Under the pieces are notes generated by a model, which saw only the letters and a program-made list of their open reading frames with translations, was not told the DNA's origin and did no database searches. Shown piece after piece: positions 1 to 14,823 of a stretch of DNA of 64,000 bases. The stretch's first letter is position 1; each line of letters begins with the position of its first letter. The DNA lies in the NCBI RefSeq assembly GCF_009914755.1, contig NC_060930.1. One strand, given 5' to 3'. The DNA comes from the human T2T-CHM13v2.0 reference genome, Homo sapiens. A program made the position numbers and the translations under genes.

Positions 1-138
1 TGGCCAGCCCAGAAAGGGGCTCCCACAGTGCAGCGGTGGGCTGAAGGGCTCAAGTGCCCCCAAAGTAGGAGCCCAGGCAGAGGAGACGCCGAGAGCGAGC
101 AAGGGCTGTGAGGACTGCCAGCACGCTGTCACCTCTCA
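1..138 (-). mobile_element. LTR12C-type (ERV9) LTR, 5' end; continues left of window
   Basis: Reverse complement begins TGAGAGGTGACAGCGTGCTGGCAGTCCTCACAGCCC, the LTR12C 5' terminus. Confidence 0.88.
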
Positions 139-879
139 TTAGTATAATCTGTATTGCACTGCGAAATAACTGCCTAAATGTTTCACCAAGTTTTATTATC
201 CATGATACTCACTGCCAAGTCTACCCAAAACACTGTAGAAGGCTATAGTCCAAATTATTACAAAGTTAATTTATTCACTTAAATCAAGTAATTTCAGGAG
301 CAATCCTTCTCCAGAAGCTTAGCAAATTTTTTACTGCTTTATATTAAAATGCAAATGCATGAACTCTAAAAATCTCACCATTATTTTTAATTACAGAAAG
401 AACACCAAGAGACTGATTTAAAATATATAATATATATAGTAAAATGCTTGTTTGTTCCATAGTAAAACTTAATTGAATGCTCAAGCAGGTTACAAATTTG
501 CTTTAAGCAACTTTCTCACGAAGTTGTAGATTCTTAAATGCCACACACAGAGTTTCAGGTTGGAATTATTCACCTTCCTGCAAAACGTACTACAGGCAAA
601 TAATAATAATAACAAAAATGACCTAATTAGCTCAGCTATATGTACAAAAAAAGCAAACATAAATGAGGTGGCTCCATATTTCATTGCTTTGTATGACTGT
701 GACACATTCACTGCCATATTCCTGAAGCTAAAATTCCTATACTAATTTGCAAAGTAAACACAGTACGAAACTAGAAGCTGCAGCATTAGATTCTAGTCTA
801 TTATGCATTCTCCATCTGCTGTCCCACACTCACAATATTTAATTTTAGCAAAATCTAATTCAGTGTATCTCTACATGAA

Positions 880-1410
880 TGCCTCATTAGACATCTCAAA
901 CTTTTAGCCTCCAAGATGGCCTCTCAAATAGGCTTTACTTCCCATCTCATTATCTAATATTTCATATCTCAGTATAAAGCACCACTCTCCATGCAGCTGC
1001 CCAAATCATAACCCAGGAATAATTCCTTCCTTGTTTTTAACCCATCCTCTACATCCAGCCTAACAACAGGCTCTGCCAATCTACCTCTAAAATAAGCCCC
1101 AAATTTACTGACTTTTCTCCATCTCTCCCAACATCACCCTAAATATCACCATATTCTTATACCTAAGACTATTACTAGAGCCACTTTCATTCTGGACTCC
1201 TATTCCATTCTACATTGAACAGCTCTTATATCATATTCTACATCTCATCACTCCCCTGCTTAAAAGTCCTCCAATAGCTTAAAATCCAAATTGTTTTCCT
1301 TGGCCTACAAGGCCTTAGATAATTTGGTTCTTTCTCATCTCTCCAAACTCATCTCGGGCCACACTTCCTCCTCAGTCACTACACCTAAGACATGCTTATC
1401 TTCTTTTGAC
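880..1410 (+). mobile_element. L2 fragment
   Basis: Diverged L2 3'-region motifs (gacatctcaaactt, tcactcccctgcttaaaa, ggcctacaaggcc). Confidence 0.6.
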
Positions 1411-1427
1411 TTCTCAAAACATACCTA

Positions 1428-1712
1428 TTGTGGACTGAATGTTTACATCCCCCTATAATTCATGTTGAAATCCTAACCTCCAACATGATAGATAAAGTGG
1501 TGGGGCATTTGGGAGCTGATTAGGTCATAAGGGCGGAGTCCTCATAAATGGAATTACTGTCCTTAGAAAACAGACCCCAGAGAAAGCTCTGTTTTAGTCT
1601 GTGAGGACACAAAGAGAAGATAGCTATGAATCAGGAAGAGGGCCCTCATCAGACACTGAATTGCAGGCACCTTCCTCTTGGACTCTCTAGCCGCTAGATT
1701 GTGAAAATAATC
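1428..1712 (+). mobile_element. MLT1A/B-type MaLR LTR
   Basis: tgtggactgaatgtt...gttgaaatcctaacctcc...ggccctcatcagacactgaa...ggact pattern. Confidence 0.7.
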
Positions 1713-4700
1713 AGACGTCTTCCCTAATCACCTTAATGTAAACAGGTCCAATTCTAATTGGTCAATATTCTCAGCACTTTATTGCTTTCAAAATAGTATA
1801 AACGAAGCTTTGTGTACTGGCAATATCATAACCAATGAGGTTCATCCAAGACATGATAATTGCTAATGGCAAACAGCATAAAACCAACTGCCAAAAAAAT
1901 GCTTTGCATCCCACAAGAACTAGATATAGACAAGTGCCATTTTTGCTACACAGAATGCTTTAAAAAAAAAAATGGTGGGAAATAGAGAAGGGTATCCTTG
2001 AAGAAAAACCTGTGTTTATCTACACTTTTAAAAGCTATGCATAGGATTAGTTCTCTGGAAGTGCCTAGAATATTCCCACTTTAGTGCCTTTGCTCTTGCT
2101 GTTCCCTCTGCCTAGGAAGTTTTTAATCCCAGATAAATATGCATGATCTCCTAAACTGCTTCAGGTCTTCATTTAATGTCATCCAATCAGTGAGGACTTC
2201 CCTGACCATCCTATTTAAAATAACAACGCCCTTTCCCAACAAAGTCCTTTCTCATCTTCCTTTGCTTTTTCTCTCATGGCACTCATCATCATAGGACACA
2301 TAATACATATCACCACTGGTATAGACCACTGGTCTGATATGACCACTGGTATAGACTCCCACTTGGTCCTTTTCAATTCCCATTTGCTTCTTTCTAATTC
2401 ATTAACCATACTGCAGCCAAAGGGATGTCTTAAAAAGGGAAATCTGATTCTGTTATAGGTCTGCTTAAAATGTTTCACTGGTCTCCTACCATCCCACTCT
2501 CTGTTCCTCCTGCCAGGGATTAAGTTCAATATTGTTAAAATGGCCTACAAAGCCCTGAACAGGCAGCGTCTCTGCCTGACTTCCAGTTTGACCTCCTTAC
2601 CACTCTCGATCTTGATCACCACATTCTAGTCAGTTCTCAGAACTTAGTAGGCTCTTTGCTTCTGAACCTAGCCCAGATCATTCCCTCAGCCTGAAACAAC
2701 TTTCATCACAACCACACCACTCTCTCTTGCCCTTCCTCCTTCCTCTACAACTCCAGTTATAAATGTAACAATTACGTAAAAGTGATCTGTTTAATGCCTG
2801 GCTCCTCTGCTACCCTACACATTCAGAGGGAAGGGATCGTGCCTGTCATATTTACCCCAGCGTCCCCTGTGCTTAGCACAGAGGCTGGCACATAGTAGGT
2901 TCTTATACTGGCTAGCTAATCCACACTACTACGGTCCGGGCATGATTCTCCTATAATGAAGACTGAATTTGCAGCCATGAAGATCAAAGACAATGAATGT
3001 TGTTTCCAAGACTTGATTAAACATGAGAGTATAAAATCTGTGAGAAATATTTGTGGCAATGGAAGAAAGAAAAATTTCCAAAAACTCACACAGACAAGGA
3101 ATGAAAAATAATAGATGAAACAAGGCTGGCCATATACTGGTAACAGATGAGACTGAGTGACCGATATAGATTCATTCTACTATTTTCTTTGCTCTTATTT
3201 ATACAATGTAATCTCAGTGTTCCAAAGACTGATAAAAATCTGAATTTTGCTAAAGACTGTAAAAAAGGAAGCTTATCCAATATCAGTCTTTCAATGAGAA
3301 AAAAGGTTCAAGAAGAGTAGTTATGCCTCCTACAGTTCTACTTAGGAATCTACTTTTACACCACCTGCAACTACAACAGAACCTGACACTGTAACAAAAA
3401 ACACAGAAATTAAAGACTCAAAATAGATACACAGGTAGTAGCTGCATCAAGTCTAAAAACTCTTGTTTCTGTTTTAGTAGTTTTTCTATGTTACCACAGT
3501 TATTTCTGGAAAGTTATCTATTTCCTTCTACCTAGTAAGTCCTGCTTAAAAAGACCGAGAAGGAGGGGGATGGGAGAACAATAAATATTATTCACCCAGG
3601 AAGTCCTTTTGAAATGAACTGAAAACATCTATCATCAGAATTAAGGTGTATGTGATTATTGCTTTACAATCCTTGAATTTGAGTCTTATGAGGCATTACC
3701 ACCTTCGTATTTGTAATAAAACTCCAGCTTTACAGACATCACCTAGGGGAAGGGAAGGGAATTGGGGAAGGGGTAGAAAAGAAAAGAAAGTCCAGCTTAG
3801 AGAGAAAAGTGACCTGCCATGATCATACAACTGATAAGAGACACAGCAATAAATAAATAGATCAGGTCTGGTGCTCCATCTCAAAACAATAATTTCTCAG
3901 TCTACTTATTCTACTATAAGCAGAAGTAGTAAAAACAAGGCAATGCAATGACAACCCACCAGTCTATATCACACAAACCTCCAAAGAGCTGGAACGGCTG
4001 CATTTAACTTTTATGTTACCTACCAAACAAAAGTATTTTCCAAATGTCGTGACTTGTTATAAAATTACCATTAGCTAATCACCATCTCCTCTTAAAAACC
4101 AGTTTTAAGTTAAAATGGCACACTATCAAATAATTATTGTCTCTAAAATATTAATTAGTTGAAAAAGCCTAACCACATTTTAGAAACACTGTACACTTTT
4201 AACATATTAGCAGTTAAACCTTGCGTTTATTTGCAGGTCTACAGAACGTATCTAATGCCAACCCTCCCCGCCTTTTTGGGATTGTATACTCCGAAAAGCA
4301 AGAAACTAAGTCATGGTAAAAACATTTTTTATAGATTTCCTCAAATCACTAGCTTATAAGAAAAACAACTTGATATTAAATAGGTAATAGCCTGCACTTG
4401 CAGTAACAACTGCTCATAAATAAAAATGCTACTTTCTTTTATTTCTTGTGGCCATTAACTTTATTTCACAGAGAGGTTAAATATTTTTATATATAAAATG
4501 AAAACTCATAAAAAAAACACTGAAAGGCACAGTATGTCCTAAATGAGTTTTCTTGGTTTCATAAGCTTTTCTTATTTCTCTTTCACAGAGTTCTGAGAAA
4601 TTAAAATTAGCATTTGAAAGTATTCAAAAATTGTTTAAACTGTTGTTTAGCTGTTATAATCTACAAGTGCAGTTCTAAATGAAATAAATGTGCCATCTAT

Positions 4701-5989
4701 TATGTCACAATATTGAGAAATTTACAATTGCACTAACAGAAAGGTTTAATATCTCTGACTTCACAAATTAATAAAAACTTCTTTTGGAAGAAAAAACTCT
4801 ACATAAAATCCAATTCCATAAATAAATTCAAACAAGACACTTCCTTTAGTTTAATAGGAAACTACTTATGAAAAATTGTTAATATTATTTCCTGTTAGTA
4901 TTAGAAAAGAATAAAATAAAGAAGTCATGCAGTTAATATTTAGTTTCTCTACTCTCTGCCAAAGACCACACTAGGTGCTGGGGATACAAAAATGTAAGAT
5001 GTACCCCAACCAGGCTAACTGATAGGCCAGCAAAATACATAAACCATATAACTATACCAGAGTGTGATAAAATACAAGAGAAAAAAATGCCTAAATGGAC
5101 AAAAGGTCATGAAAGTTGAAAGCATTAACAGTTCTGCCTCCACTTTTCTATAAAGCTCTGTGAAGACAGGAGCCATGTTTGTCCCATCAGTGCTGGATGA
5201 TCACTAGCCCCTAGCATAATGTCAGATATACACAAGGTGCTCAATAAATATCTGTTGACTAAAACAATAAAAGAAGGAAAGCTTCTCATAGAAAGTGACA
5301 ACTGAGATGAGCATTAAAGCATCAGTAGGAGTTAAAGGGAAAAAAGTATTCCTGATAAAAGAAACAGAATAGAAAACATCCACCTTTTACCCATTTACAT
5401 TAATTAACATTCAGCATTTTACTCCAAAATATATTTTCTACAAGCAACATTTACCAAGCTAAAGATTTCCGAAATGAATATTCTCATTCTGAATAAACAG
5501 AAAATAAAGTACCAAGGAATCCAGTATCCACAGCATACCTCTCATTAGACTTTGCTGTGGAGATCTCTCACAAGACTACTCAGTCTTAGAAGTATGTTAG
5601 CTCAATTACAGTAGTGTAAGCTTATTCATAATCATCACAAATAAAACCAAACATAATAGCTACAAAAATAATTTATAACCAAAAACAAAATGGAATAAAG
5701 TATATTTTAACCAAACATTATTAAGTTGGATTTAATCAAACGTCACTTTAAAATTAATTTAATAAAATTTAATAAAGAAAACTTTACAACAGTCACATAA
5801 GAAACAATATGAGCCAAGGCAGAAATAGAAAAAAAGTAATTTTATGCCCCAAAAAATTGTAATAAATGCAGTTATTAGACTAAGTCAGCTACATTATGTT
5901 ATACCCAGTTCTGAATGTGTAACATTTTGAGTCAGACTTCAGGTCAAAGATAAACATGAGCTGTAGCTTGGTTAACCAACCTTTTATGG

Positions 5990-6190
5990 GCTGACAAGCA
6001 TTTTCTTAAAAGGCCAGACAATAAATATGTTAGGCTTGTGGGCCACATAGTCTCCTCATAATGATTTAACTCTGCTACCGAAAGTAGCCAACGACAATAC
6101 ATAAGTGAATGAGTGTGGCCGGGTTCCAGTAAATCTTTATTTACAAAAGCAGATGGCTGGCCCATGATCGTATTTGCCAGCCCTCTCCTG
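5990..6190 (+). mobile_element. MER58A (hAT-Charlie MITE)
   Basis: ttttcttaaaaggccagacaataaatat...gtgggccacat...tttgccagccc. Confidence 0.7.
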
Positions 6191-6349
6191 GAATCTAAAA
6201 GTGACTTCTCACTAACTCTTTTCATCAAGACCGCTTTACTCCCTTTCAAATACTTTCACACAAACTGTATTAGTGTTTCATAAGGCCTCTACAGATATCA
6301 ATGAAGCAAACCTAACAGATATTCTCTTGTTTTATAGATTAAGAAACTG

Positions 6350-6684
<335 letters not shown>

Positions 6685-7674
6685 CTACTAAGACCTGAAA
6701 CTAAAAACCAGGCCTTTGTTGTTCTTCTAACACTTAATCATTATCCTCCATACCCAATCTTCCAATGCCCCAAATAAAACATTTAAATCAGTTTTAGAAT
6801 CCTCTGCTGAACCCCTGAGTTCTTTTTAACAGACTCAGCCATTCACAATAGACTCTAAGAACACCTACTTAACTGTCTAATTAAATTATTAACTTCAATT
6901 GTGAAGTTAACTCAAATCCTTCTCTCTTTACACGATCCTCATCTTTTTCTATTTAGGCTATCTTCTTATTTACAAGTCTCCTAAAATATCATTTAATCTT
7001 CAAATCACCAGCAAGAAACAAGGCACTACACCTTCTTAAGGAGGTGTAAATTATTGTAATCATTTAATAAGAATTTGTGAACTCAGTAATAAAAATGTGG
7101 TACGGGGCCTAGTGCTTAACTTTGCAAAGCTTATAACCTAGTTGAGAAATGCCAGATGTATAAATATGAAACTAAGGAGTGACTCCATGTAACCTAGGTA
7201 AAATCTAAAAATTTTAAAACAAAGAAATGAGAAATGAAAAAATGTAATTTACAGTATACACTGTCATAAAATGCATGCCTTACTTGCTCTTGATACCACA
7301 GAAATGCCCTAATTTTGTAAAAGGAAAGTTTAACAAATACTAAATACCTACAAACACCCATTTGATGTGGTAATAGCATAGTCCAAAAGTTAAAACTAGA
7401 TCACAGTTTTTAAAAATTATGGCAGGTGAAGGTTTTCTTCTGTTTTATTCTAGTCATTGCCATGAAAGAACATCTACTGGACTAACTCCCTGGCCAAAAA
7501 CACTGTTGAAGACACAGGAATTACAGGACATGCCCTCACTTTGCATCATAGGATGGGACTGCAGAAGTAATCATGCAAGTTAAAACTAAGCAAAGTGATC
7601 TTAATAACTAATGGGGACAATTACGATTGTTCCACAATCTTTAAAAAATTTTGTCAAAACATTAAAAACTCTTA

Positions 7675-8049
<375 letters not shown>

Positions 8050-8118
8050 TTATTTAGTACTTATAATTTAACACATTAGAAACACTGAGAACTGTTTTAT
8101 TTTTAAATTTTATTAATT

Positions 8119-8410
8119 ATTTTTTTTTAGAGACAGGGTCTCACTCTGTCACTCAGAGTGGAGTGTGGTGGCACAATCATGGCTCACTGTAACCTTGAAC
8201 TCCTTGGGCTCAAGCAATCCTCCTGCCTCAGCCTGCCTAGGACTGTCGGCACATGCGACCATGCCCTGGCTAATGTTTAGATTTTTTTGCAGTGATGAGG
8301 TCTTGCTATGTTGCCCAGGCTGGTCTCCAACTCCTAGCCTCAAGTGATCCTCCCAGTTGGGCCTCCTAAAGAATGCTGGGATTACAGGAATGAGCCACCA
8401 CACCCAGCCA
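8119..8410 (-). mobile_element. AluJ
   Basis: Poly-T then gagacagggtctcactctg...gagccaccacacccagcc. Confidence 0.9.
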
Positions 8411-9811
8411 AAAATGTTTTATTTCTTTGTAAAAACTTAAGAACTATAGTTTGAAGAGTGCTTACTTTCTCAACATATAACTTATGGGCAAGCATCTTTC
8501 CCATGCCTTGGTGAACTGAAGTCATTTTTCTACATTTTAATCAACTTCTAATATTTTATTATTTGTATTTCAATGTCATAAAATATCTGAGAGTTCCTTT
8601 AATATGAAATTTTTTATAGCATCACTTCCTTTGGGACATCTTCATCCTTTTGTCACAACTACTTTCCTTATTTATGTCAATAAGTTCACCTTTACTGCAT
8701 ATAAGTTCCTCAGTAAGTTCCCCTGGCTGCATAATCTAGTCTCTTGAAGGGCAGCCATGTCAACATTTCCAAAGTCAGCTATTGCTTCCATAACTCCATT
8801 TCTTTCTATTCAAATTTCATTCCCAACATTATCAGTTTGTTTCTTTGTTGGATTTACATCTCTCTTGGCCAATTCCCTTTTTTCAATTATCCATTTTTAT
8901 AAAATGTTACATGGGCTTATTGCTGGAGACAAGGAGGCAACACGACTATGTGCTTTGCTATCTGTGGGTAAAATGAATAACAGACATAGAGAGGCCAATC
9001 ACTGACAGACATGGAAAGAAGTGACATAATTTATCACCGATCATAAGCTCATCTGTTGTTATGTAATGATTCCTGGACTAAACTAGCAATAAAGTTTGCA
9101 TTTTATGTAATTATCTGCGGTTAATATACCACAGTAATTGAAATTTGAACCATACAGTTGGGGACCTGGTGTTACTTAACTAAACCATGATAACTGAAAT
9201 TCATGCATACTGGAACCATGGAAAGGGAGGACTATCTGTACATAAAATAACTGTTTGAAGGCACTAGAGGGTGATCAATGCAGGCAAGATCACAGAGTTA
9301 TTTACATTCTCCAAAATATGAGGGATACAGAGATGAGCACCACATTCCACTTAGCTTTTTCCTTGGGAGTATTTTCTAAACCACAGCAAGGAGAAAGGGA
9401 ATTGAAGCACAAAGCAAGTCTACTGTCCTGAGAAAGCAGAGGTTGGAGTTCAATCCCCACACGTGGAGGTATCTTTGTACATACCCAGAATTTTCCACTG
9501 TGACCACAGAAGGGTCATGACTAAGGAATAAAGACCACATCCTTAGAGTAATGGCATTTCCTTCAGAAGCTATACCCAAGTTTATATGACATATGCCATA
9601 TGTTAGGGGCTGAGCAATCAGTCTAATGCTAGAGAATCCATGAACAGAGGGACACCAAAAGAGCAGAATGTAAGGGATGACTAAAAGTAGCTTCTGTGCA
9701 AATCTGGGCACAGAGGCTACAATTTAAACTTGTACCACCAATTCTAAAATGTATCAACTACTCACAGGGTTATGGCTGTATCATATTTTATAAAGTGGTA
9801 TTCTAAAATTA

Positions 9812-9991
<180 letters not shown>

Positions 9992-10254
9992 CTATCAAAG
10001 GAAAAAATATATATATAAAACAGGATACACACATTACAAAATTAACCTCTTAAAAGAGAACTATATCCCCCAGTTTTTCAATATTTCTAGTAAACTATCT
10101 CTTAGCACTGAAATAACCCAAAATACTTTAAAATTTAACTTAAAAATCTTTAGCTATTTGGCCCATTTTGTACTTTTCCCAAATAATTCTTATGTGTTTT
10201 ATAACAACATGAAAAAAAGGCATCAAAGGGTAATAATCTGAAAAATAGCTTTTC

Positions 10255-10680
10255 AACTGACCATACCAATATTGGCAAAGATGTGGAATGGAGCCCTCAC
10301 ACACTACTAACAGAAATGTAAAATAGTATAACCACTTTGGAAAAGTCTGGTAGTTTCTTAAGAAGAGTAAACAGACACCTACCATCTGACCCAGCCATTC
10401 CACAACTAGGCATTTACCTAAGAGAAATGAAAGTATTATGTCAAAAAAAAAAAAAAAAGAAAGAAAAGAAAAAAGTATTATGTCCATATGTCCATTTAAG
10501 GACTTGCTACATGAATGTTCACAATAGTTTTATTTGTAACAGCCCCAAACAGAAAACAAATCTAAATATCAACAGGTAAATGAACATATAAATTGTGGCA
10601 TAAACTTATTCACTTTGACTAGGTTAAGCTTACTATAAGTCAATTAGACCTCAATAAAGCTGTTAAAAAAGTAGATTTTA
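10255..10680 (+). mobile_element. Old L1M 3' fragment
   Basis: ccactttggaaa...gacccagccattccac..ctaggcatttaccta agagaaatgaaa motif. Confidence 0.7.
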
Positions 10681-10809
10681 AAGTCAAATAGCTAAATTTA
10701 CATTCTATAACTTCACTGATTCTTTTAGGCGCTAAAGCAATGATCATTGGACATATAGGGAGTTAGGTAAATGAGACGACTGATGCACTTTTCACTGAAA
10801 AAAAGATAA

Positions 10810-11050
10810 TAACAGCTAACAGTTACTGAACACTTACTGTGACACCGTATTAAAACTTTTTATATGGATTATCTTATTTAATCCTAACAACACTTGAGGT
10901 AAACATTATTATTATTGCTATTTTACAGATAAAAAAATTAAAGCTTAGGGAATGTCTCAAGTCGCAAGTGTCATTCAGCTTGATAGTCATGGGGCTAGGA
11001 TTTAAGGCTAATTTGACTCAAGTCCTACATTTTAACCACTGTACAATATC
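10810..11050 (-). mobile_element. MIR
   Basis: ttatttaatcctaacaac...attttacagat...ggatttaa core. Confidence 0.65.
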
Positions 11051-12959
11051 ACTTCCTCCAAAGACTTAAATATTTAAGATAATCATTATATTCAAACATT
11101 ATTTTACAAAGTTATTATCCTATATGTCCTTTAATAAATTTAAAAGGAGCTAAAAATGGCAAAAAAACAGCATTTAGTTATAGCCTACTCCGGTTACTGT
11201 ATTCACAAACAACATTCAATTAACCCTGTCATGGAGCCTTCATAAAAAGAATGAAATGAAAAGATAAAGAAAGAAGCTCCTGAGTGACTATGAAACACTG
11301 ATGGAAAGCAGGAATTAATTGAAAGTGATTAAAGATACCATTCCTCATCTCTCTCAATAAACTTTTTTAAAAGTCAAACTTATGATTCACATACAGTGAA
11401 ATGCAGAAATCAAGAGTACAATTAAATGAGTTTTGACAATGAGTAACTGTCAGCCCAAGTATACAGCATTACCATCACCCACAAAAGTTCCTCTGTGCCC
11501 TTTGCAGTCAGTTCCCTCATTCCCTTCCCAAGGAATTACTGATAATGACATAACACCAGATTAGTTTTGCCTGTAATAAAATCTCATATAAACAGAATTG
11601 CAGTATTATGTAACTTAGTATCTTTCACTTAGCATATTTTTGAGATTCATTCCTGTTACTACACATATCAGTAATTAATTCCTTTTTGTTGCTGAGTAGC
11701 AGGCCATTTAATGAATACACCACAATCTGTTTATCTAAAAACTTGTTAATAGACACTGGGATTGTTTCTAGATACTGGCTATTATTTAAAAAGCTGCTAT
11801 GAACATTAATACACAAGTCTTTTATAGACACGTCTTCATCTTTCTTGGGTATACAGCTGGAAAAAGAAATGCTGGGTCACAGAGTAAGTGTATGTTCTAA
11901 CTTTACTTAAAAACTGCCAAACTATTTTTCAACATGATGTACAATTTTACACTCCCACTAGCAATGTATAAGAGTTCTGGTTACTCCGTGTCCTCAAACT
12001 TGCTACTGTCAATCTTTTTCATTTTAGTCATTCTAGTGAGTGTAATGTAATGTCTCTTTGTGGTTTTAATTTACATTTCCATGATGACTAAAGATGTTGA
12101 GTGCCTTTTCATGTTTGTTGGTAAATTCATATATGTTCTGTGAACTAAGTTTTTTTGCATTTGTTTAAAAGCAACTAATAGAGAACAAGTTGAGTATAAT
12201 GTGAATTTTATGGTTGCATATGTAAATACTGTTCACAAGAATTGCTAGGTGAACAGAAAATTTCACCTAGCTAAACCAATCAGCTAGGAAAACATACAAT
12301 GCACACATGTGCACACCTCCAAAATGGACCAGCTACTTCAATTCATGTTCTGAGCTGTACTCATCTACATCAGGTGCTACAATTTCTTGTCCGATTCCAG
12401 AAAATCCTCCTTTCGCTTCACCTGTCACGGCGCAAGTCTTCTATGTCCATTTCTGCAAGCAAAGTTCCAGTCTTTGCAACATGAAATGCCATATTTATTG
12501 TAGTATTTATGCATTTCTCATACATTTTACCTGTGTAAAACTGTGGTATGGTTTTTACTAGGTTCCTGTTTTTTTATCAGTGTAAGTTTGTGGATGTTGT
12601 GCCCCTAACCCTTTGCCCCAGAAGTAACCCTTTCCTCCAAAAGTCCTGTGGTTTTTACTGTACAATTTTTAATAGCAAAGTTAAGAACACATACGATGCA
12701 TTATGGAAGTGCTTACACTGAGCAGACATTCTTGCCTTTTTCCTGATCTTAGTTTGGTAAAACATTCGATAAACCATCATGTAGCATGACTTTAACTGTA
12801 GGCTTTTCATATCTATCCTTTGTCAAATTAAGTAAATTCCCTTCTATTCCTAAGCTTGCTATAAGTTTTGATGACAAACACGTATTAAATTCTGTCCATG
12901 AATGACTTTTTCTGTATCTATTGATTTTTCTATTTTATTCTGTGATTTACATGGATTGA

Positions 12960-13276
<317 letters not shown>

Positions 13277-13582
13277 TGAATGTTGAATCAATTTTGTACT
13301 CCTAGGATAAACTCAACTCAGTCATGGTGTGTACCATCCTTTTTAATTATTACGAGATTCAATTTGCTAGTACTCTGTTGAAGGCTCTTGCATCCATGAT
13401 CATGAAATATACTGGCTTATAATTTTCTTTTAATGTCTTTATCAGGTTTCAGTATCAGGGTTATTCTGGCCTCTAACACAAGTTGGCAAGTGTCTCATTT
13501 CTGGAAAAAGTTTGTACAGAGTAACAAAGCTTGTAAAGTTTGTAATATTATTTCTTAAATATTTTATTTTATTTTTATTTTT

Positions 13583-13881
13583 AGAGACAGGGTCTCATTA
13601 TGCTGCCCAGGCTGGAGTGCAGTGGCTACTCACAGGTGCACTCCCAGTACTAATCAGCACGGGAGTTTTGACCTGCTCCATTTCTGACCTGGGCTGTTTC
13701 ACCTTTCCTTAGGTAACCTGGTGGTCTCTTGCTCCCAGGAGGTCACCGTATTGATGCTGAACTTAGTGTGGAAATTCAATCGGCATAGCACACTACGGCC
13801 CAGAACTCCTGGGCTCAAGCGTTCCTCCCACCTCAGTCTTCTGAGTAGCTGGGACAACAGGCATGTGCCACCGCGCCCGAC
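13583..13881 (-). pseudogene. Full-length 7SL (SRP RNA) processed pseudogene
   Basis: ~299 nt; Alu-domain ends plus intact S-domain (atcagcacgggagttttgacctgctcc, caggaggtcaccgtattgatgctgaacttagtg); T-rich tail 13561-13582. Confidence 0.93.
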
Positions 13882-14525
13882 TAGTTCTTAGGTATTTTAT
13901 AGACTTCACCAATGAAACGATCTGTGCAGGGTGTTTTACTCTCTGAGGCTTTTAAAATTACAAATCAAAGTTACTTATCAACAGCTATTCATTTCTGTTA
14001 TTTCTTATGTCGGTTTTGGTGACTTGTGTTTTCATTGAATTTGTCCATCTGTCAAATTTATTGGCACAAAGTTATTTATTCAATTAATATAAATGCATTA
14101 TATAATGTGCAGTCTTTTGTGTCTTCTTTCACTTAACATGGTATTTTCAAGGTTGTAGCATATTATCAGTAATTCACTCCTTTTCATGACCAAATTATAC
14201 TCCATTGTAAGGATACATACAGTATTTTGTTTATTCATCAGCTGATGGACATTGGGTTATTTCCACTTTGCCTATTATGAACATTCATGTATAAGCTTTT
14301 GTGTGGACGCAAGTTATTTCCCTATTTTGCATATCAGAATTACATATTCAGTTCTCTTGGGAATATTACTAGGAATAGAACTGCTGTGTAATGTGGTAAG
14401 TATATCATTTGATGACATACCAAACTGCTTTCCAAAAAGGCTACACCATTTTACATTCTCATCAGCAACGTGTGAAGGGTCTAATTAACCTATACCCTCT
14501 CCATCATGTGTTACTGTTTTCTGTA

Positions 14526-14823
14526 TTTTGTTGTTTTTTTTTGGAGACAGGGTTGCACTCTTGTCACCCAGGCTGGGTTGCAGACATGCCATCAGGAATC
14601 ACTGCTCCTCCCAGGCTCAAGAGATCCTCACACCTCAGCCTTCCAAATAGCTGGGACTATAGGCACATGCCACCACACCAGGCTATTTTTTAAAATATTA
14701 TTTTAGTAGAGATGAGTTCTCGTTAGTTGACCACACTGGTCTCAAAATCCTGAGCTCAAGTGATACAACTGCCTCATCCCCACAAAGTGCTGGGATTATA
14801 GGCATGAGCCACCACACCCAGCC
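14526..14823 (-). mobile_element. AluJ
   Basis: Diverged antisense dimer. Confidence 0.88.

Noticed and set aside
12244-12271. 10-bp hairpin GCTAGGTGAA...TTCACCTAGC
   Set aside because: Short and apparently inside a DNA-transposon fragment.
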